A stretch of 64,000 nucleotides of DNA from an uncultured delta proteobacterium (lineage in GTDB: Bacteria > Desulfobacterota > Desulfobacteria > Desulfobacterales > B30-G6): positions 160,001 to 224,000 of the forward strand of contig CAWGLD010000004.1 in NCBI GenBank assembly GCA_963823335.1, read 5' to 3'. The notes beneath the pieces are model-generated. The model did not search any database, was not told the origin of the DNA, and worked only from the letters and a program-made list of their open reading frames with translations. Positions 51,829 to 62,001 of the stretch are shown here, piece by piece (position 1 is the stretch's first letter; each line of letters starts with the position of its first letter). The position numbers and the translations under genes were made by a program.

Positions 51829-53547
51829 CTAAGAAACGATCATGTCCTGAATCCCGCCACCTGCCGGTACCATGGGCAGAACAATTTCACTGGGATCGCA
51901 CAAAAATTCCACCATGTAGGCGCCTTTGTAATCGGCGGCTGTCTCGAGTGCTTCGAATATCTTATCCGGTTCCGATACCCTCTGATAGGGTATGCCATAA
52001 GCCTTGGCAATGCCCCCGAAATCAGGGTTTTTCATGGGTGTCCCGGCATAACGGCCATCGTAAAACATGGTTTGCCACTGCCGTACCATGCCCAGGTAAC
52101 CGTTGTTCATCAGCAGGATCTTGACATCGATGCCATGCTCCATAACAGCGCCCAGCTCCTGAATGTTCATCTGGAATCCACCGTCACCGCTGACAGACCA
52201 CACCCGCTCATCCGGGCGGGCCAACTTGACACCCAGGGCCATGGGTAATGCGCATCCCATGGTGCCGGCTCCACCGGATGTAAACCAGCTGTTCGGGGTC
52301 TGGAAATTGTAAAACCGCGCCAATATCATCTGGTGCTGACCGACATCCGAAACAATGATATCTTTACCCAGGGTCACCTGGGACAGTTTCGAAACGATGC
52401 TCTTCATTAACAACTGGCCTTCTTTACCGATAGCAGCGTCGATCTCTTTCTGCATGTCCGCTGCAATTTCAGATCGATAGCCATCGATCTGCTCGAACCA
52501 GGGCCGCCGAGGCATTGTCACAATTGCGTGTTCTCTGGCCAGCAGCTTCAGCGTCTCACCAATATCGGCATTGATCGACAGCGTTGTCTTCACATTTTTG
52601 TCGATTTCAGAGGGATCTATTTCGACGTGGATTACGCGGGCATCTACGGCAAACAGATCGAGGTTGCCGGTAACCCTGTCGTCAAAACGCATGCCGAAAG
52701 AGATAATGAGATCGGCGTTCAGCAACGCACGGTTAGCCTCTACCGTGCCGTGCATGCCGACCATACCCAGACTCAGGGAATGGTCCACCGGGATCGCCGA
52801 AAGTCCGTGCAGGGTAAATGCCACCGGGATACAGGCTTTTTCAGCAAACTGTCTAAGCCACGCCCCCGCATTGGTGGTGACAACACCGTGCCCGCAAAGG
52901 ATAATCGGTCTTTCGCTTTGATTGACCATGTTTACTGCCGTTTGGATCTTGGCTTTTTCGGGCGTCGGCGAATAAATAAAACCCGGAAGCTTCGGCTCAT
53001 AGGTCCGGGGATCAAAATGATACGCTGCATCTGTTTCCCGGGCCTGGATATCCTTGGGAATGTCCACAACCACTGGTCCGCCACGACCGGTCTGGGCCAC
53101 ATACATTGCCTCGTGGATGGTTTCTTCGATTTCATTCACGGACAAGGGCATGTAAGTCTGCTTGGTCAGCGGCATCATCACACCCACCACGTCACTTTCC
53201 TGGAAAGCGTCGGAAGCGATCACCCCGGTGGCAACCTGGCCTGTAATCGCCAGCAGGGGCACGGAATCCATGCCGGCGTCGGCAATCCCGGTCACAAGAT
53301 TCATGGCCCCGGGACCCGATGTTGCCATGCACACGCCGGTACGGGGGTGGGAGGTGCCTATGGATGCACGTGAAATACCCTGGGCCATGAAAGCCGCGCC
53401 CTGTTCATGACGCGACATGATGAACGTGAAACATTTCTGCTTCTCCATTTCGTCAAATATGGGCATGATGGCACCACCGGTATAACCGAAAATATATTTG
53501 ACACCCTTGTCTCTCAGGGCCTTGAGCACCAGTTCCGAACCTTTCAT
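51829..53547 (-). CDS. ilvB: Acetolactate synthase large subunit
   Basis: RHEQGA, TSGPGA, DAFQE, GMRFDDRVTG, GDGGFQM, YLGMVRQWQ. Confidence 0.95.
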   Translation of the reverse strand: MKGSELVLKALRDKGVKYIFGYTGGAIMPIFDEMEKQKCFTFIMSRHEQGAAFMAQGISRASIGTSHPRTGVCMATSGPGAMNLVTGIADAGMDSVPLLAITGQVATGVIASDAFQESDVVGVMMPLTKQTYMPLSVNEIEETIHEAMYVAQTGRGGPVVVDIPKDIQARETDAAYHFDPRTYEPKLPGFIYSPTPEKAKIQTAVNMVNQSERPIILCGHGVVTTNAGAWLRQFAEKACIPVAFTLHGLSAIPVDHSLSLGMVGMHGTVEANRALLNADLIISFGMRFDDRVTGNLDLFAVDARVIHVEIDPSEIDKNVKTTLSINADIGETLKLLAREHAIVTMPRRPWFEQIDGYRSEIAADMQKEIDAAIGKEGQLLMKSIVSKLSQVTLGKDIIVSDVGQHQMILARFYNFQTPNSWFTSGGAGTMGCALPMALGVKLARPDERVWSVSGDGGFQMNIQELGAVMEHGIDVKILLMNNGYLGMVRQWQTMFYDGRYAGTPMKNPDFGGIAKAYGIPYQRVSEPDKIFEALETAADYKGAYMVEFLCDPSEIVLPMVPAGGGIQDMIVS

Positions 53548-53672
53548 GATCTGTCGTATCCTCCCTTAAAAGGTACCCGACCCTGTTGGCAGGGGCCAGG
53601 TCTGATAATTCGATCCATCAGGGTTGACTTACTCCTTTTTGGTTACCATTTTATGCATGTTCAAACAACACA

Positions 53673-53802
53673 GTCAACTACCACCCGTGAAACGGGTGGC
53701 TTGCCTTTCCCCCAAAATGGGGGAAAGACAAAGGAAACGGCATGTATCAGTAAGTTCAGGTTCGGAACCGCGTGACGAGCACGCGGTTTGTAGAACAATC
53801 AA
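53673..53802 (+). mobile_element. MITE family M1, copy 3
   Basis: GTCAACTACCACCCGTGAAACGGGTGGCTTG...CAATCAA, ending 23 bp before the leuC start. Confidence 0.8.
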
Positions 53803-53825
53803 CCTTAATACCGAAAAGAGTCAGC

Positions 53826-55238
53826 ATGGGAAAAACACTGTTCGAAAAAATCTGGAACAAACACAGGGTAAAGGAACTGCCGGATGGGTCGACCTTGATG
53901 TATATCGACCGTCATCTCGTCCACGAGGTTACCAGCCCCCAGGCCTTTGAGGGCATGCGACTTACAGGCCGCAGTGCCCGCTCGCCGCATCTGGCCTTTG
54001 CCACCATGGATCACAACGTTGCCACAACCGAGGATCGTTTCAACATTGAAGACCCGGTGTCCAGAAACCAGGTAGAGGCGCTCAGAAAAAACTGCGCTGA
54101 TTTTGGAATCAAACTTTTTGATATCGGTGATGACCACCAAGGCATCGTACATGTTATCGGACCTGAGATGGGAATCACACTTCCGGGATTCACCATCGTC
54201 TGCGGCGACTCCCACACATCAACTCACGGTGCCTTCGGCGCACTGGCCTTTGGTATCGGAACCTCTGAAGTTGAGCATGTCCTGGTAACACAGACACTGG
54301 TGCAACGCAAGCCCGGTACATTTAAAGTCGAGTTCAGCGGCCGTCTTGCACCGCATGTGTTTTCAAAAGACATGGTGCTGAAAATGATCGGCACCATTGG
54401 TACCGCCGGCGGATCCGGCTCTGTGATGGAATTCTGCGGTGAGGCGGTAAGCGCACTTTCCATGGAAGCACGCATGACCATGTGCAACATGAGCATCGAG
54501 GCCGGTGCCCGCGCCGGCATGATTGCCCCGGATGATACCACCTTCGCCTATATCACCAGCGGGGAACGCCCCTATGCACCCCGGGGAGAGAAGCTTGATC
54601 GCGCCCTGGCTTACTGGCGCACCCTCCCCAGTGATGCAGATGCAGTCTTCGACCGATCCCTTACCATCGATGTCGCCCGTATTGTACCTCAGGTTACCTG
54701 GGGAACCAACCCGGGAATGGTCATCGACATCGATCAACCCGTGCCTGAACCGGGTTATGCAGAGGGTTACAGCCGATCGGATGTAGAAAATGCTTTGGAC
54801 TATATGGGTCTGAAACCAGGCCTCAAAATGACCGAAGTTCCTGTGGACGTTGTCTTTATCGGCAGTTGCACCAACTCGCGTATTGAAGACCTGAGACAGG
54901 CTGCAAGCATACTGAATGGCCGGAAAAAAGCCGAGCATGTCGAACTGCTGGTGGTGCCCGGCTCACACCAGGTCCGCCTCCAGGCGGAGGCCGAAGGGCT
55001 GGACAAGATTTTTAAATCCGCCGGTGCCCAGTGGCGCCATGCAGGGTGCAGCATGTGCCTGGCCATGAACCCTGATCAACTAAAACCCCGACAGCGTGCA
55101 GCCTCCACATCAAACCGGAATTTCGAGGGTCGCCAGGGAAAAGACGGCCGTACACATCTGGTCAGCCCGGAAATGGCCGCCGCTGCAGCCGTAGCCGGCA
55201 GATTTGTTGATATCCGCCAATGGAAGGAATCATCATGA
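53826..55238 (+). CDS. leuC: 3-isopropylmalate dehydratase large subunit
   Basis: [42 protein letters not shown]. Confidence 0.97.
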   Translation: MGKTLFEKIWNKHRVKELPDGSTLMYIDRHLVHEVTSPQAFEGMRLTGRSARSPHLAFATMDHNVATTEDRFNIEDPVSRNQVEALRKNCADFGIKLFDIGDDHQGIVHVIGPEMGITLPGFTIVCGDSHTSTHGAFGALAFGIGTSEVEHVLVTQTLVQRKPGTFKVEFSGRLAPHVFSKDMVLKMIGTIGTAGGSGSVMEFCGEAVSALSMEARMTMCNMSIEAGARAGMIAPDDTTFAYITSGERPYAPRGEKLDRALAYWRTLPSDADAVFDRSLTIDVARIVPQVTWGTNPGMVIDIDQPVPEPGYAEGYSRSDVENALDYMGLKPGLKMTEVPVDVVFIGSCTNSRIEDLRQAASILNGRKKAEHVELLVVPGSHQVRLQAEAEGLDKIFKSAGAQWRHAGCSMCLAMNPDQLKPRQRAASTSNRNFEGRQGKDGRTHLVSPEMAAAAAVAGRFVDIRQWKESS

Positions 55239-55870
55239 AACCATTCACTACCCACACCGGCATTGTGGCCACACTCAACCGGGCCAATGTCGATACCGAT
55301 GCCATCATCCCCAAACAATTTCTAAAGTCCATCAAACGCACGGGTTATGGACCAAATGCTTTTTTCGACTGGCGCTATACCTCCGCCGGTGAATCCAACC
55401 CGGAATTTGAACTCAACCAGGAGCGTTTCAAAGGACGTTCCATCCTGGTGACCCGCAACAACTTTGGATGTGGCTCCAGCCGTGAGCATGCAGTCTGGGC
55501 GCTGGTCCAAGACGGCTATCGGGCGATCATCGCCCCGGTGAAAAAAATTGGAGAAAAAACGATACCGGCCTTTGCCGACATCTTTCGAATCAACGCCGCC
55601 AAGAACGGATTGCTGGTCATCGAATTGTCGGAGGATCAGGTGGATGAAATTTTTGGGCTTGTCGAGACGCACAGCGGCTTGAAAGCCACGCTAGATCTGA
55701 TGCAACAGCAATTTGTATTGCAGGCGGATCCAGCGCAAAAATTCAAATTTAAAATCGAACCCGGCACCAAAGAGCAGTTACTCAAAGGCATGGATGATAT
55801 TGCGCAGACACTGCAGTATGAAACCGACATCGCCCGATTTGAAGAAAGTCACGATCCCCTGGGGCCGTAA
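55235..55870 (+). CDS. leuD: 3-isopropylmalate dehydratase small subunit
   Basis: [24 protein letters not shown]. Confidence 0.96.
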   Translation: MKPFTTHTGIVATLNRANVDTDAIIPKQFLKSIKRTGYGPNAFFDWRYTSAGESNPEFELNQERFKGRSILVTRNNFGCGSSREHAVWALVQDGYRAIIAPVKKIGEKTIPAFADIFRINAAKNGLLVIELSEDQVDEIFGLVETHSGLKATLDLMQQQFVLQADPAQKFKFKIEPGTKEQLLKGMDDIAQTLQYETDIARFEESHDPLGP

Positions 55871-55974
55871 AACGAATGAACGTCGAACATCCAACGTCCA
55901 ACATCGAATGATGAATATGAACTTAGCCTCCACCCGCAGAGCGGGTGGCTCAAGATACCCCTCGAAGGAGGCTA

Positions 55975-56077
55975 TATAGAGGTTGTCAGAAAAACGTTCC
56001 GATTGAGGACCTTTTTTCTGCTACAACCCCTTATGCAGCTATCCTATTTTCAGAACATTATTATGACAAGCGGTATA
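55975..56077 (+). mobile_element. IS630-derived MITE (family M2, copy 2)
   Basis: Near-identical to 44217-44318; TA-ended TIRs. Confidence 0.75.
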
Positions 56078-56117
56078 ATATCCAATGTCGAATATCGATT
56101 ACATGAATTTCGAAGTA

Positions 56118-56228
56118 ATAGTTCCCAGCTTACAGAACAAAGGAAGATAGAGCGCAGCGATACAATACTTCATTATTCTACATTCCTTGTTCGACATTCG
56201 ATATTTTCCTTTTTTAATTTTCATCGGA
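56118..56228 (+). repeat. ~110-bp direct repeat left of ilvD
   Basis: ATAGTTCCCAGCTT...GAAGATAGAGCGCAGCGATACAA...CATTCCTTGTTCGA; matches 58047-58153. Confidence 0.75.
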
Positions 56229-56345
56229 GTTGATCCTTTTATGCTGTGGCGCCAGGATCCCAGAAAGCCTGGATGCTACTGTCCGCTGATTCCTGTCAGC
56301 CACCCTCCAACCCTTGTATCACCCTTGCACCCTTGAACCCTCAAT

Positions 56346-58025
56346 TTACTCGTCGGTAACACATCCATCCGAAGCGGATTTCACATTCTTGATATATTTG
56401 TACAGCGTGCCCCGGTTCACCTTGTAGGGCGGTGCAGTCCATGCCTTGCGTCGGGTCGTGAGCTCTTTCTCGCTCAGATCAACGCTGATACTGTTACGGG
56501 CCGCATCGATTCTGATTTTGTCCCCATTGCACACCAACGCGACAGGGCCGCCCACCTGGGCTTCGGGTGTAATGTGACCAACGATAAATCCGTGTGATCC
56601 GCCGGAGAAGCGGCCGTCGGTCAGCAGGGCCACATGGTTTCCAAGACCGGCCCCCATGATGGCCGACGTGGGGGTCAGCATTTCCGGCATGCCCGGTCCG
56701 CCCTTAGGTCCTTCGTAGCGAATGATGATCACATCACCTTTTTTTATCTGGTTTTTCTGCAACGCCGCCAGCATCTGTTCTTCTGAATCAAAAACATTGG
56801 CCGGCCCGGTGAATGTGACACCTTCCTTACCGGTGATCTTGCCTACGGCGCCTTCCGGTGCCAGATTCCCCCTTAAAATCTGAATGTGCCCTCTTTTGTG
56901 AATCGGCCGCTCCAAGGTGCTGATGACCTTCTGCTCTTTGACCAGCCCCGCAGCGTCCTCCAGGTTTTCGGCCAGGGTTTTGCAAGTAACCGTCAGGCAG
57001 TCCCCGTGCAACATTCCTTTCCCAAGCAGATATTTCATCAGGGCGGGAATACCGCCCACATCGTCCAGATCTTCCTGCATATAACTGCCACTGGGTTTCA
57101 TATCAGCCAGCAACGGCACACGGTCACTGACGCGCTGGAAGTCGTCAATGCCCAAGTCAACCGACACGGCTCGCGCCATGGCAATCAAATGCAGTACAGC
57201 ATTGGTCGATCCCCCCAGGGCGGAGATGACGACCATGGCGTTTTCAAAAGCTTGACGGGTCATTATATCCCTGGGTTTGATATCTTTTTCCAGCAATCGC
57301 CGGATGGCCGTCCCAGCCTGGGCACACTCATCGATTTTATGCCGTGATTCAGCTGGACGACTGGCGCTGTAGGGCAGCGACATCCCCATGGCCTCAATCG
57401 CGGATGCCATGGTGTTGGCGGTGTACATACCCCCGCAGGCACCGGCACCCGGGCAGCTGTTCTTTACGATTGATTGGCGCTGTTGCTCGTCGATGGCGCC
57501 GCTGATAAACTGGCCATAACTTTGAAAAGCGGAAACGATGTCCACTTTTTGGTTTTCAAACAGTCCGGTCCTGATGGTGCCGCCATAGACCATCAACGCC
57601 GGTCTGTTCACCCGGCCCATGGCGATCAGACAACCCGGCATGTTCTTGTCACAACCCGGAAGGGCAATGTTGGCATCATACCACTGGGCATGCATGACCG
57701 TTTCAATGGAGTCGGCAATCAGGTCCCGCGACTGTAATGAGTAACTCATGCCCTCGGTCCCCATGGATATGCCGTCACTGACCCCGATGGTATTGAACCG
57801 CAGCCCCACTAGATCGGCCGCTTCTACACTTTCCTTGACTTTTGCGGACAGCTCATTGAGATGCATATTGCAAGGATTGCCTTCGTACCATACACTGCTG
57901 ATCCCAACCTGTGCTTTGGTCATGTCGGCATCGGTCAATCCAACGCCGTACAGCATGGCCTGAGACGCACCCTGTGACTTGGGTTCCGTAATACGTGAAC
58001 TGTATTTGTTCAATTTGTTAACCAT
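56346..58025 (-). CDS. ilvD: Dihydroxy-acid dehydratase
   Basis: [34 protein letters not shown]. Confidence 0.97.
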   Translation of the reverse strand: MVNKLNKYSSRITEPKSQGASQAMLYGVGLTDADMTKAQVGISSVWYEGNPCNMHLNELSAKVKESVEAADLVGLRFNTIGVSDGISMGTEGMSYSLQSRDLIADSIETVMHAQWYDANIALPGCDKNMPGCLIAMGRVNRPALMVYGGTIRTGLFENQKVDIVSAFQSYGQFISGAIDEQQRQSIVKNSCPGAGACGGMYTANTMASAIEAMGMSLPYSASRPAESRHKIDECAQAGTAIRRLLEKDIKPRDIMTRQAFENAMVVISALGGSTNAVLHLIAMARAVSVDLGIDDFQRVSDRVPLLADMKPSGSYMQEDLDDVGGIPALMKYLLGKGMLHGDCLTVTCKTLAENLEDAAGLVKEQKVISTLERPIHKRGHIQILRGNLAPEGAVGKITGKEGVTFTGPANVFDSEEQMLAALQKNQIKKGDVIIIRYEGPKGGPGMPEMLTPTSAIMGAGLGNHVALLTDGRFSGGSHGFIVGHITPEAQVGGPVALVCNGDKIRIDAARNSISVDLSEKELTTRRKAWTAPPYKVNRGTLYKYIKNVKSASDGCVTDE

Positions 58026-58046
58026 TTGATACTATCCTTTATTTTG

Positions 58047-58153
58047 ATAGTTCTCAGCTTATGGAACAAAAGAAGATAGAGCGCAGCGATACAACACGTC
58101 AATATTCTACATTCCTTGTTCGATATTCATTATTCTCTTTTATTTTCACCGGA
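58047..58153 (+). repeat. ~110-bp direct repeat right of ilvD
   Basis: ATAGTTCTCAGCTT...GAAGATAGAGCGCAGCGATACAA...CATTCCTTGTTCGA. Confidence 0.75.
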
Positions 58154-58300
58154 TCGGTAAATCAGAATAAGCTGGGTTTCCCTCAAACCCTGGACTCCTT
58201 GAATCCTTGAACCCTTTATTTTTTTGGTTCTTCTCCAATTTAGTTGGAGGAAAGGGCTCCAAAATTCGGGTCAAGAGAAATACAGCTCGGGCTATATCTT

Positions 58301-58336
58301 ATCGAAATCGCTATCGGGATCGGGATCGGGATCGAA
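58301..58336 (+). repeat. (ATCGGG)n hexamer array, left arm
   Basis: ATCGAAATCGCTATCGGGATCGGGATCGGGATCGAA; inverted relative to 58836-58870. Confidence 0.8.
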
Positions 58337-58337
58337 T

Positions 58338-58452
58338 TGAAGAGTACCCTGCAGCAAGCTGCAGGGAATCTTCGCGGTAAGGATTTTATCTATTTGATTC
58401 GCTCGCTAACCCCGCAGCAAGCTACGGGGAATGCGCTCGCTATTGCCGTTCA
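58338..58452 (+). repeat. REP-like family R3, long form, in the tail of the four-helix gene
   Basis: TGAAGAGTACCCTGCAGCAAGCTGCAGGG...TTCGCTCGCTAACCCCGCAGCAAGCTACGGGGAATGCGCTCGCTATTGCCGTTCA. Confidence 0.75.
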
Positions 58453-58835
58453 GTATAGCCGTATTCCCCGAACCCTTCCTTTACGCTATAACCCCTGCCG
58501 CCCAATCGACTAAGCATTGCAGCAATGCGGTCCAATTCACCTTTGCGCTGCCGGCTTTCTACTTTATCCAAACCTTTTCCGACTACCAAGACATCTTGGA
58601 TTGCGGCACACTCCAATGCCGACCCACGCGCTATTTCGAAATATCGCCGCCGATCAGCCTTCGCTGTCTTACCGTTGCCTTCTGCAATATTAAGCGCAAT
58701 CGACTGGCTGGCTCGAAGCCACTGGTCTCTTGCTGAACGATGGACGCCTCTCAGCCTGGCACACTTTTCATAAACCCATGCGACATAGCCGATTGAAAGG
58801 CGGTAAACGTCTAATTTTTCATGACCTAATACCAT
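58440..58835 (-). CDS. Four-helix bundle protein (23S rRNA IVS protein / S23-like family)
   Basis: GHEKLDVY, DQWLRASQSIALNIAEG, IARGSALEC. Confidence 0.88.
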   Translation of the reverse strand: MVLGHEKLDVYRLSIGYVAWVYEKCARLRGVHRSARDQWLRASQSIALNIAEGNGKTAKADRRRYFEIARGSALECAAIQDVLVVGKGLDKVESRQRKGELDRIAAMLSRLGGRGYSVKEGFGEYGYTERQ

Positions 58836-58870
58836 CTCGATCCCGATCCCGATAGCGATCCCGATTTCGA
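58836..58870 (-). repeat. (ATCGGG)n hexamer array, right arm, abutting the start codon
   Basis: - strand TCGAAATCGGGATCGCTATCGGGATCGGGATCGAG-ATG. Confidence 0.8.
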
Positions 58871-58931
58871 CAAGGCTTCCACCAACAGCATTTCTACAAC
58901 AAATCGGGAGAAAAGCCATTTTTTTCAACTC

Positions 58932-59970
58932 TTATTGTTTTTCAAAGTCCTCAAAACGTTCCTCCGTCAGGGGGTGTGTGGACAAATAATTGATCCATTT
59001 TTCAGATGCCCTATCTGAAGCACCTGGCTTCCGGTTTTCGATCCTGCGCATTAACGAAGCAAAGCGAACCGGTAATATTCCATTGCTGCGCATGGCAGTC
59101 AAGGCATATGTGTCCGCCTCACTTTCGAATTTCCTGGAATATGCCAGTTCCGTCAACAGAACCGGCAAACCAAGAAACAGTTCCGATGACCCGGACACAT
59201 CCCCTGTCATGGCCAATAGAACAAATCCCAGAAGTGAGTCCTGGATCAATGTTCGCATACCATGCCGGTGGACAATATGCCCTGTTTCATGGAGCAGGAC
59301 GGCCGAGAGTTCATCGTCATGTTCGGCGATCTGAATCATTTCATCTGTAAACACGATGACGCCGCTGGGCAGGGCAAATGCATTGGGACCAGATTTCCCC
59401 ACCTTTTCTGAACACGATCTCCAACCCATGACCTGAGTGTGCCTCCAGCAGTGGCTGAAAGTGTTCCACCAGTCTCTTGCGGCTTATTTGATCCAGTTCC
59501 GTCGATTGAAAAATAGATCGATCCAGGATATCAAGTGTCTGATTGCTGGCAAAACGCAGCATGGAAGAAGGGAGTCTGTAGGCAATCGTTTTGGCAACCC
59601 AGGGAATCCCGTGGGACATACCAGCCCAGAGGATAAAAAGCAGCATAGCCAGGGCAAGCAGTACATAGCGCCAGTGACTCTCCAGTTTGTATAGAACCTC
59701 ACGCCACGTCGCTTTTGCAAATCGGGTCTCTATCCGGTCGACAGTCTCATTGTCGGCGGTCTCGAACTTTTCACCCCGGGGAAAAAGAAGATAACGCTGT
59801 GTATTGGCCAGTCTTGGAGATATCTCAATGTCAAAAAGCGGCCGGGTCAAAATCAGAACACCATCGCCTACCCGTTCGATGCGAAGGGCGCCGTTATCGT
59901 AAACGATGCACACAACATCTTCTGCGGCCGATGTTTTCCCATTATACCATTTGCCCTCGATAGAAATCAT
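58932..59970 (-). pseudogene. M48-family metallopeptidase split by a +1 frameshift near 59390-59400
   Basis: N-terminal ORF ends ...IVFRKGG; other frame continues GPNAFALPSG...HETGH...YSRKFESEAD...LSTHP. Confidence 0.8.
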
Positions 59971-61331
59971 AGACCAAAATCCATATCAAAAAAATCACCC
60001 ACCTCTTCACCAATGGCACTCACCTGCCGTTCCTCGTCGTCAATAAAACCCGCGAGGTCTCCGGAAGCCAGCAAGGCCATATGCTGAAATTTGTATTGAA
60101 CGGTTCTGACCTTTGCAAAGGGAAAGAACAGTCCCAGCGTAACCGCGACACCCAGGGAGTTGGTCAACACGAGCCTCATGTATTCGCCTGTTTTCAACCC
60201 GGCCTCAAACCGGTGATGGGACAGGCTGCTGGTGTTGAATAATAGATTGGTGGTTTTCACTGAAAAGTAAGCCAACAGGTAAAGGTAAAAAACCAGAAAT
60301 ACCAGGGCGGAAACAGGCGGCAGGAAAAAGGCGCCTAGTGTTATGAGGACAATGCCCATAAGAATCGGAACGAGGGCACCAAAATAGATTCGATAATATT
60401 CCCGTGCCGTTGCAGTATAGACAAAAGCGGTTCTACCATAAACGGTGTTTTCGACAATAAATTTCTTCTGACGAAAATAGACATAAGGAAAAAGAGCACC
60501 CAGGGTCAGGGTTGCTGCCAGCGGCCACAGAATGTATGCCTTTGCGGCGCCCATGATACTTCCCTTGAAACCGAATCGAACATTTCGAAAGGCACTGTTG
60601 CGCGAATTAAACACAAGCGACCGGACGATCAACCAGGGAAGAATCAGAATAAAAGCCAGACTCATGATACCGGAAACAAGCGGAAGCAAAGCAGACAACA
60701 CCGAGTAAAGAATAAAAAAGCCGACAACGATAAGGCGGCCTTTGAGAATCTTTACAGGATCGGCAAGATATTCAAAGCTGCTCCCAGAAAGCGTCGTATT
60801 CCCATAAAAATACCGTTTGCGTCTCACCTTGGCCCAGGCCGAGTAGATGCCGAGGGTGATGACCGACAATATAATGTTCACAAGCCAGATTTTAAAGTAT
60901 TCCGACCCCTTACCGCTGAATTCAAAGGGCACTCTGGAAAGCGCATCGCCACCCTGTTCAGATACCTGGTGGGCATCCCCCTCTTCCCCTGGAAGTGTCT
61001 GGTCTTTCATGGTCACATTTTCAGGGGGTTCAACGTCTTTCTCTGCACTTCCCCCAGCAGGAGGTATGGGCGGCACTTCTGTGGAACCGGGTTCTTTTTT
61101 GCTTCTGGTCAAGGTGACTTCCATCCCTATCTGTCTCAGGGCAGTTTCAAACTTTTTAGCGGAAATATCATCCGTGTTCTTTTTCAACGCTATTCCGCTG
61201 CTCTTGAGTATTTTCACGGCCTTTTCTTCACTGATTGAAAAAACCGCCATCAGTTTCGATTTTACGTCATCGATATTAAAACCCGGCCTAATTTTTCCAC
61301 GATAAACAACATCATAGCGTGCAGGTGTCAT
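59967..61331 (-). CDS. YjgN/DUF898 membrane protein with N-terminal soluble domain
   Basis: FEFSGKGSEYFKIWLVN, TLGIYSAWAKVR; coupled to the M48 peptidase as is typical. Confidence 0.88.
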   Translation of the reverse strand: MTPARYDVVYRGKIRPGFNIDDVKSKLMAVFSISEEKAVKILKSSGIALKKNTDDISAKKFETALRQIGMEVTLTRSKKEPGSTEVPPIPPAGGSAEKDVEPPENVTMKDQTLPGEEGDAHQVSEQGGDALSRVPFEFSGKGSEYFKIWLVNIILSVITLGIYSAWAKVRRKRYFYGNTTLSGSSFEYLADPVKILKGRLIVVGFFILYSVLSALLPLVSGIMSLAFILILPWLIVRSLVFNSRNSAFRNVRFGFKGSIMGAAKAYILWPLAATLTLGALFPYVYFRQKKFIVENTVYGRTAFVYTATAREYYRIYFGALVPILMGIVLITLGAFFLPPVSALVFLVFYLYLLAYFSVKTTNLLFNTSSLSHHRFEAGLKTGEYMRLVLTNSLGVAVTLGLFFPFAKVRTVQYKFQHMALLASGDLAGFIDDEERQVSAIGEEVGDFFDMDFGL

Positions 61332-61717
61332 GCCCCCTCCTCTCAGTATTCTGAACAAGATTGAACGGGTGAGATATCCTATGGATTGATCTATACCCCT
61401 TAACAGGGTCTCAGAACATAATCCAACATAATAAGCGCGTCGAAACTAAAAATATCACCCAAATATACATGACAGGAAAAACATGAACATCTCATCAAAG
61501 ACAGCCAACACGTGGTAGATAGCTAAAGCCATAAGCTGTAAACTCTAAGCTGCTTACCGGCTATAGCTGATTGCCGACTCTTGCTGATTGCCGACAATTA
61601 ACTGATAGCTTTAACCCAGTATAAAACCCCGATTCTGCTCTTATTGATATATGTTGGCCGATGCATATATTGTTTCTAAGCAAAAGATAATCATAACCAA
61701 CAAAAGGAGATACGGCC

Positions 61718-61855
61718 ATGACGAATACAACTGATTATGTCGAAAATGAAAAAGAAAGAGAAGAAGGACATGTCGACACCCGCAGCAAAAACTTTGAATG
61801 CGAAGACAAAGACCCCAACTTAGGGTGTGACCCGGGAATCGATGTTGCAGGATAA
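61718..61855 (+). CDS. Small acidic protein (45 aa), not in the ORF track
   Basis: AAGGAGA RBS; MTNTTDYVENEKEREEGHVDTRSKNFECEDKDPNLGCDPGIDVAG; followed by a hairpin. Confidence 0.6.
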   Translation: MTNTTDYVENEKEREEGHVDTRSKNFECEDKDPNLGCDPGIDVAG

Positions 61856-61900
61856 CCCAATCAACCCCATTGCCAAACCACCATTAATTCTGATTTAAGA

Positions 61901-61930
61901 CAAGGCAGGCCGCCATCCGGTCCTGCCTTG
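61901..61930 (+). terminator. Hairpin, possible terminator
   Basis: CAAGGCAGG...CCTGCCTTG followed by a T-rich tract. Confidence 0.55.
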
Positions 61931-62001
61931 CTAATTTCAATTTTTGATCAGCTTTTACTATTCAGGGCTCACCACGTTGAAAACCTAAACAGGAGGTCCT
62001 A

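Noticed and set aside
58440-58835. Four-helix protein as the Avd of a diversity-generating retroelement
   Set aside because: No reverse transcriptase and no TR/VR pair with adenine-specific mismatches seen
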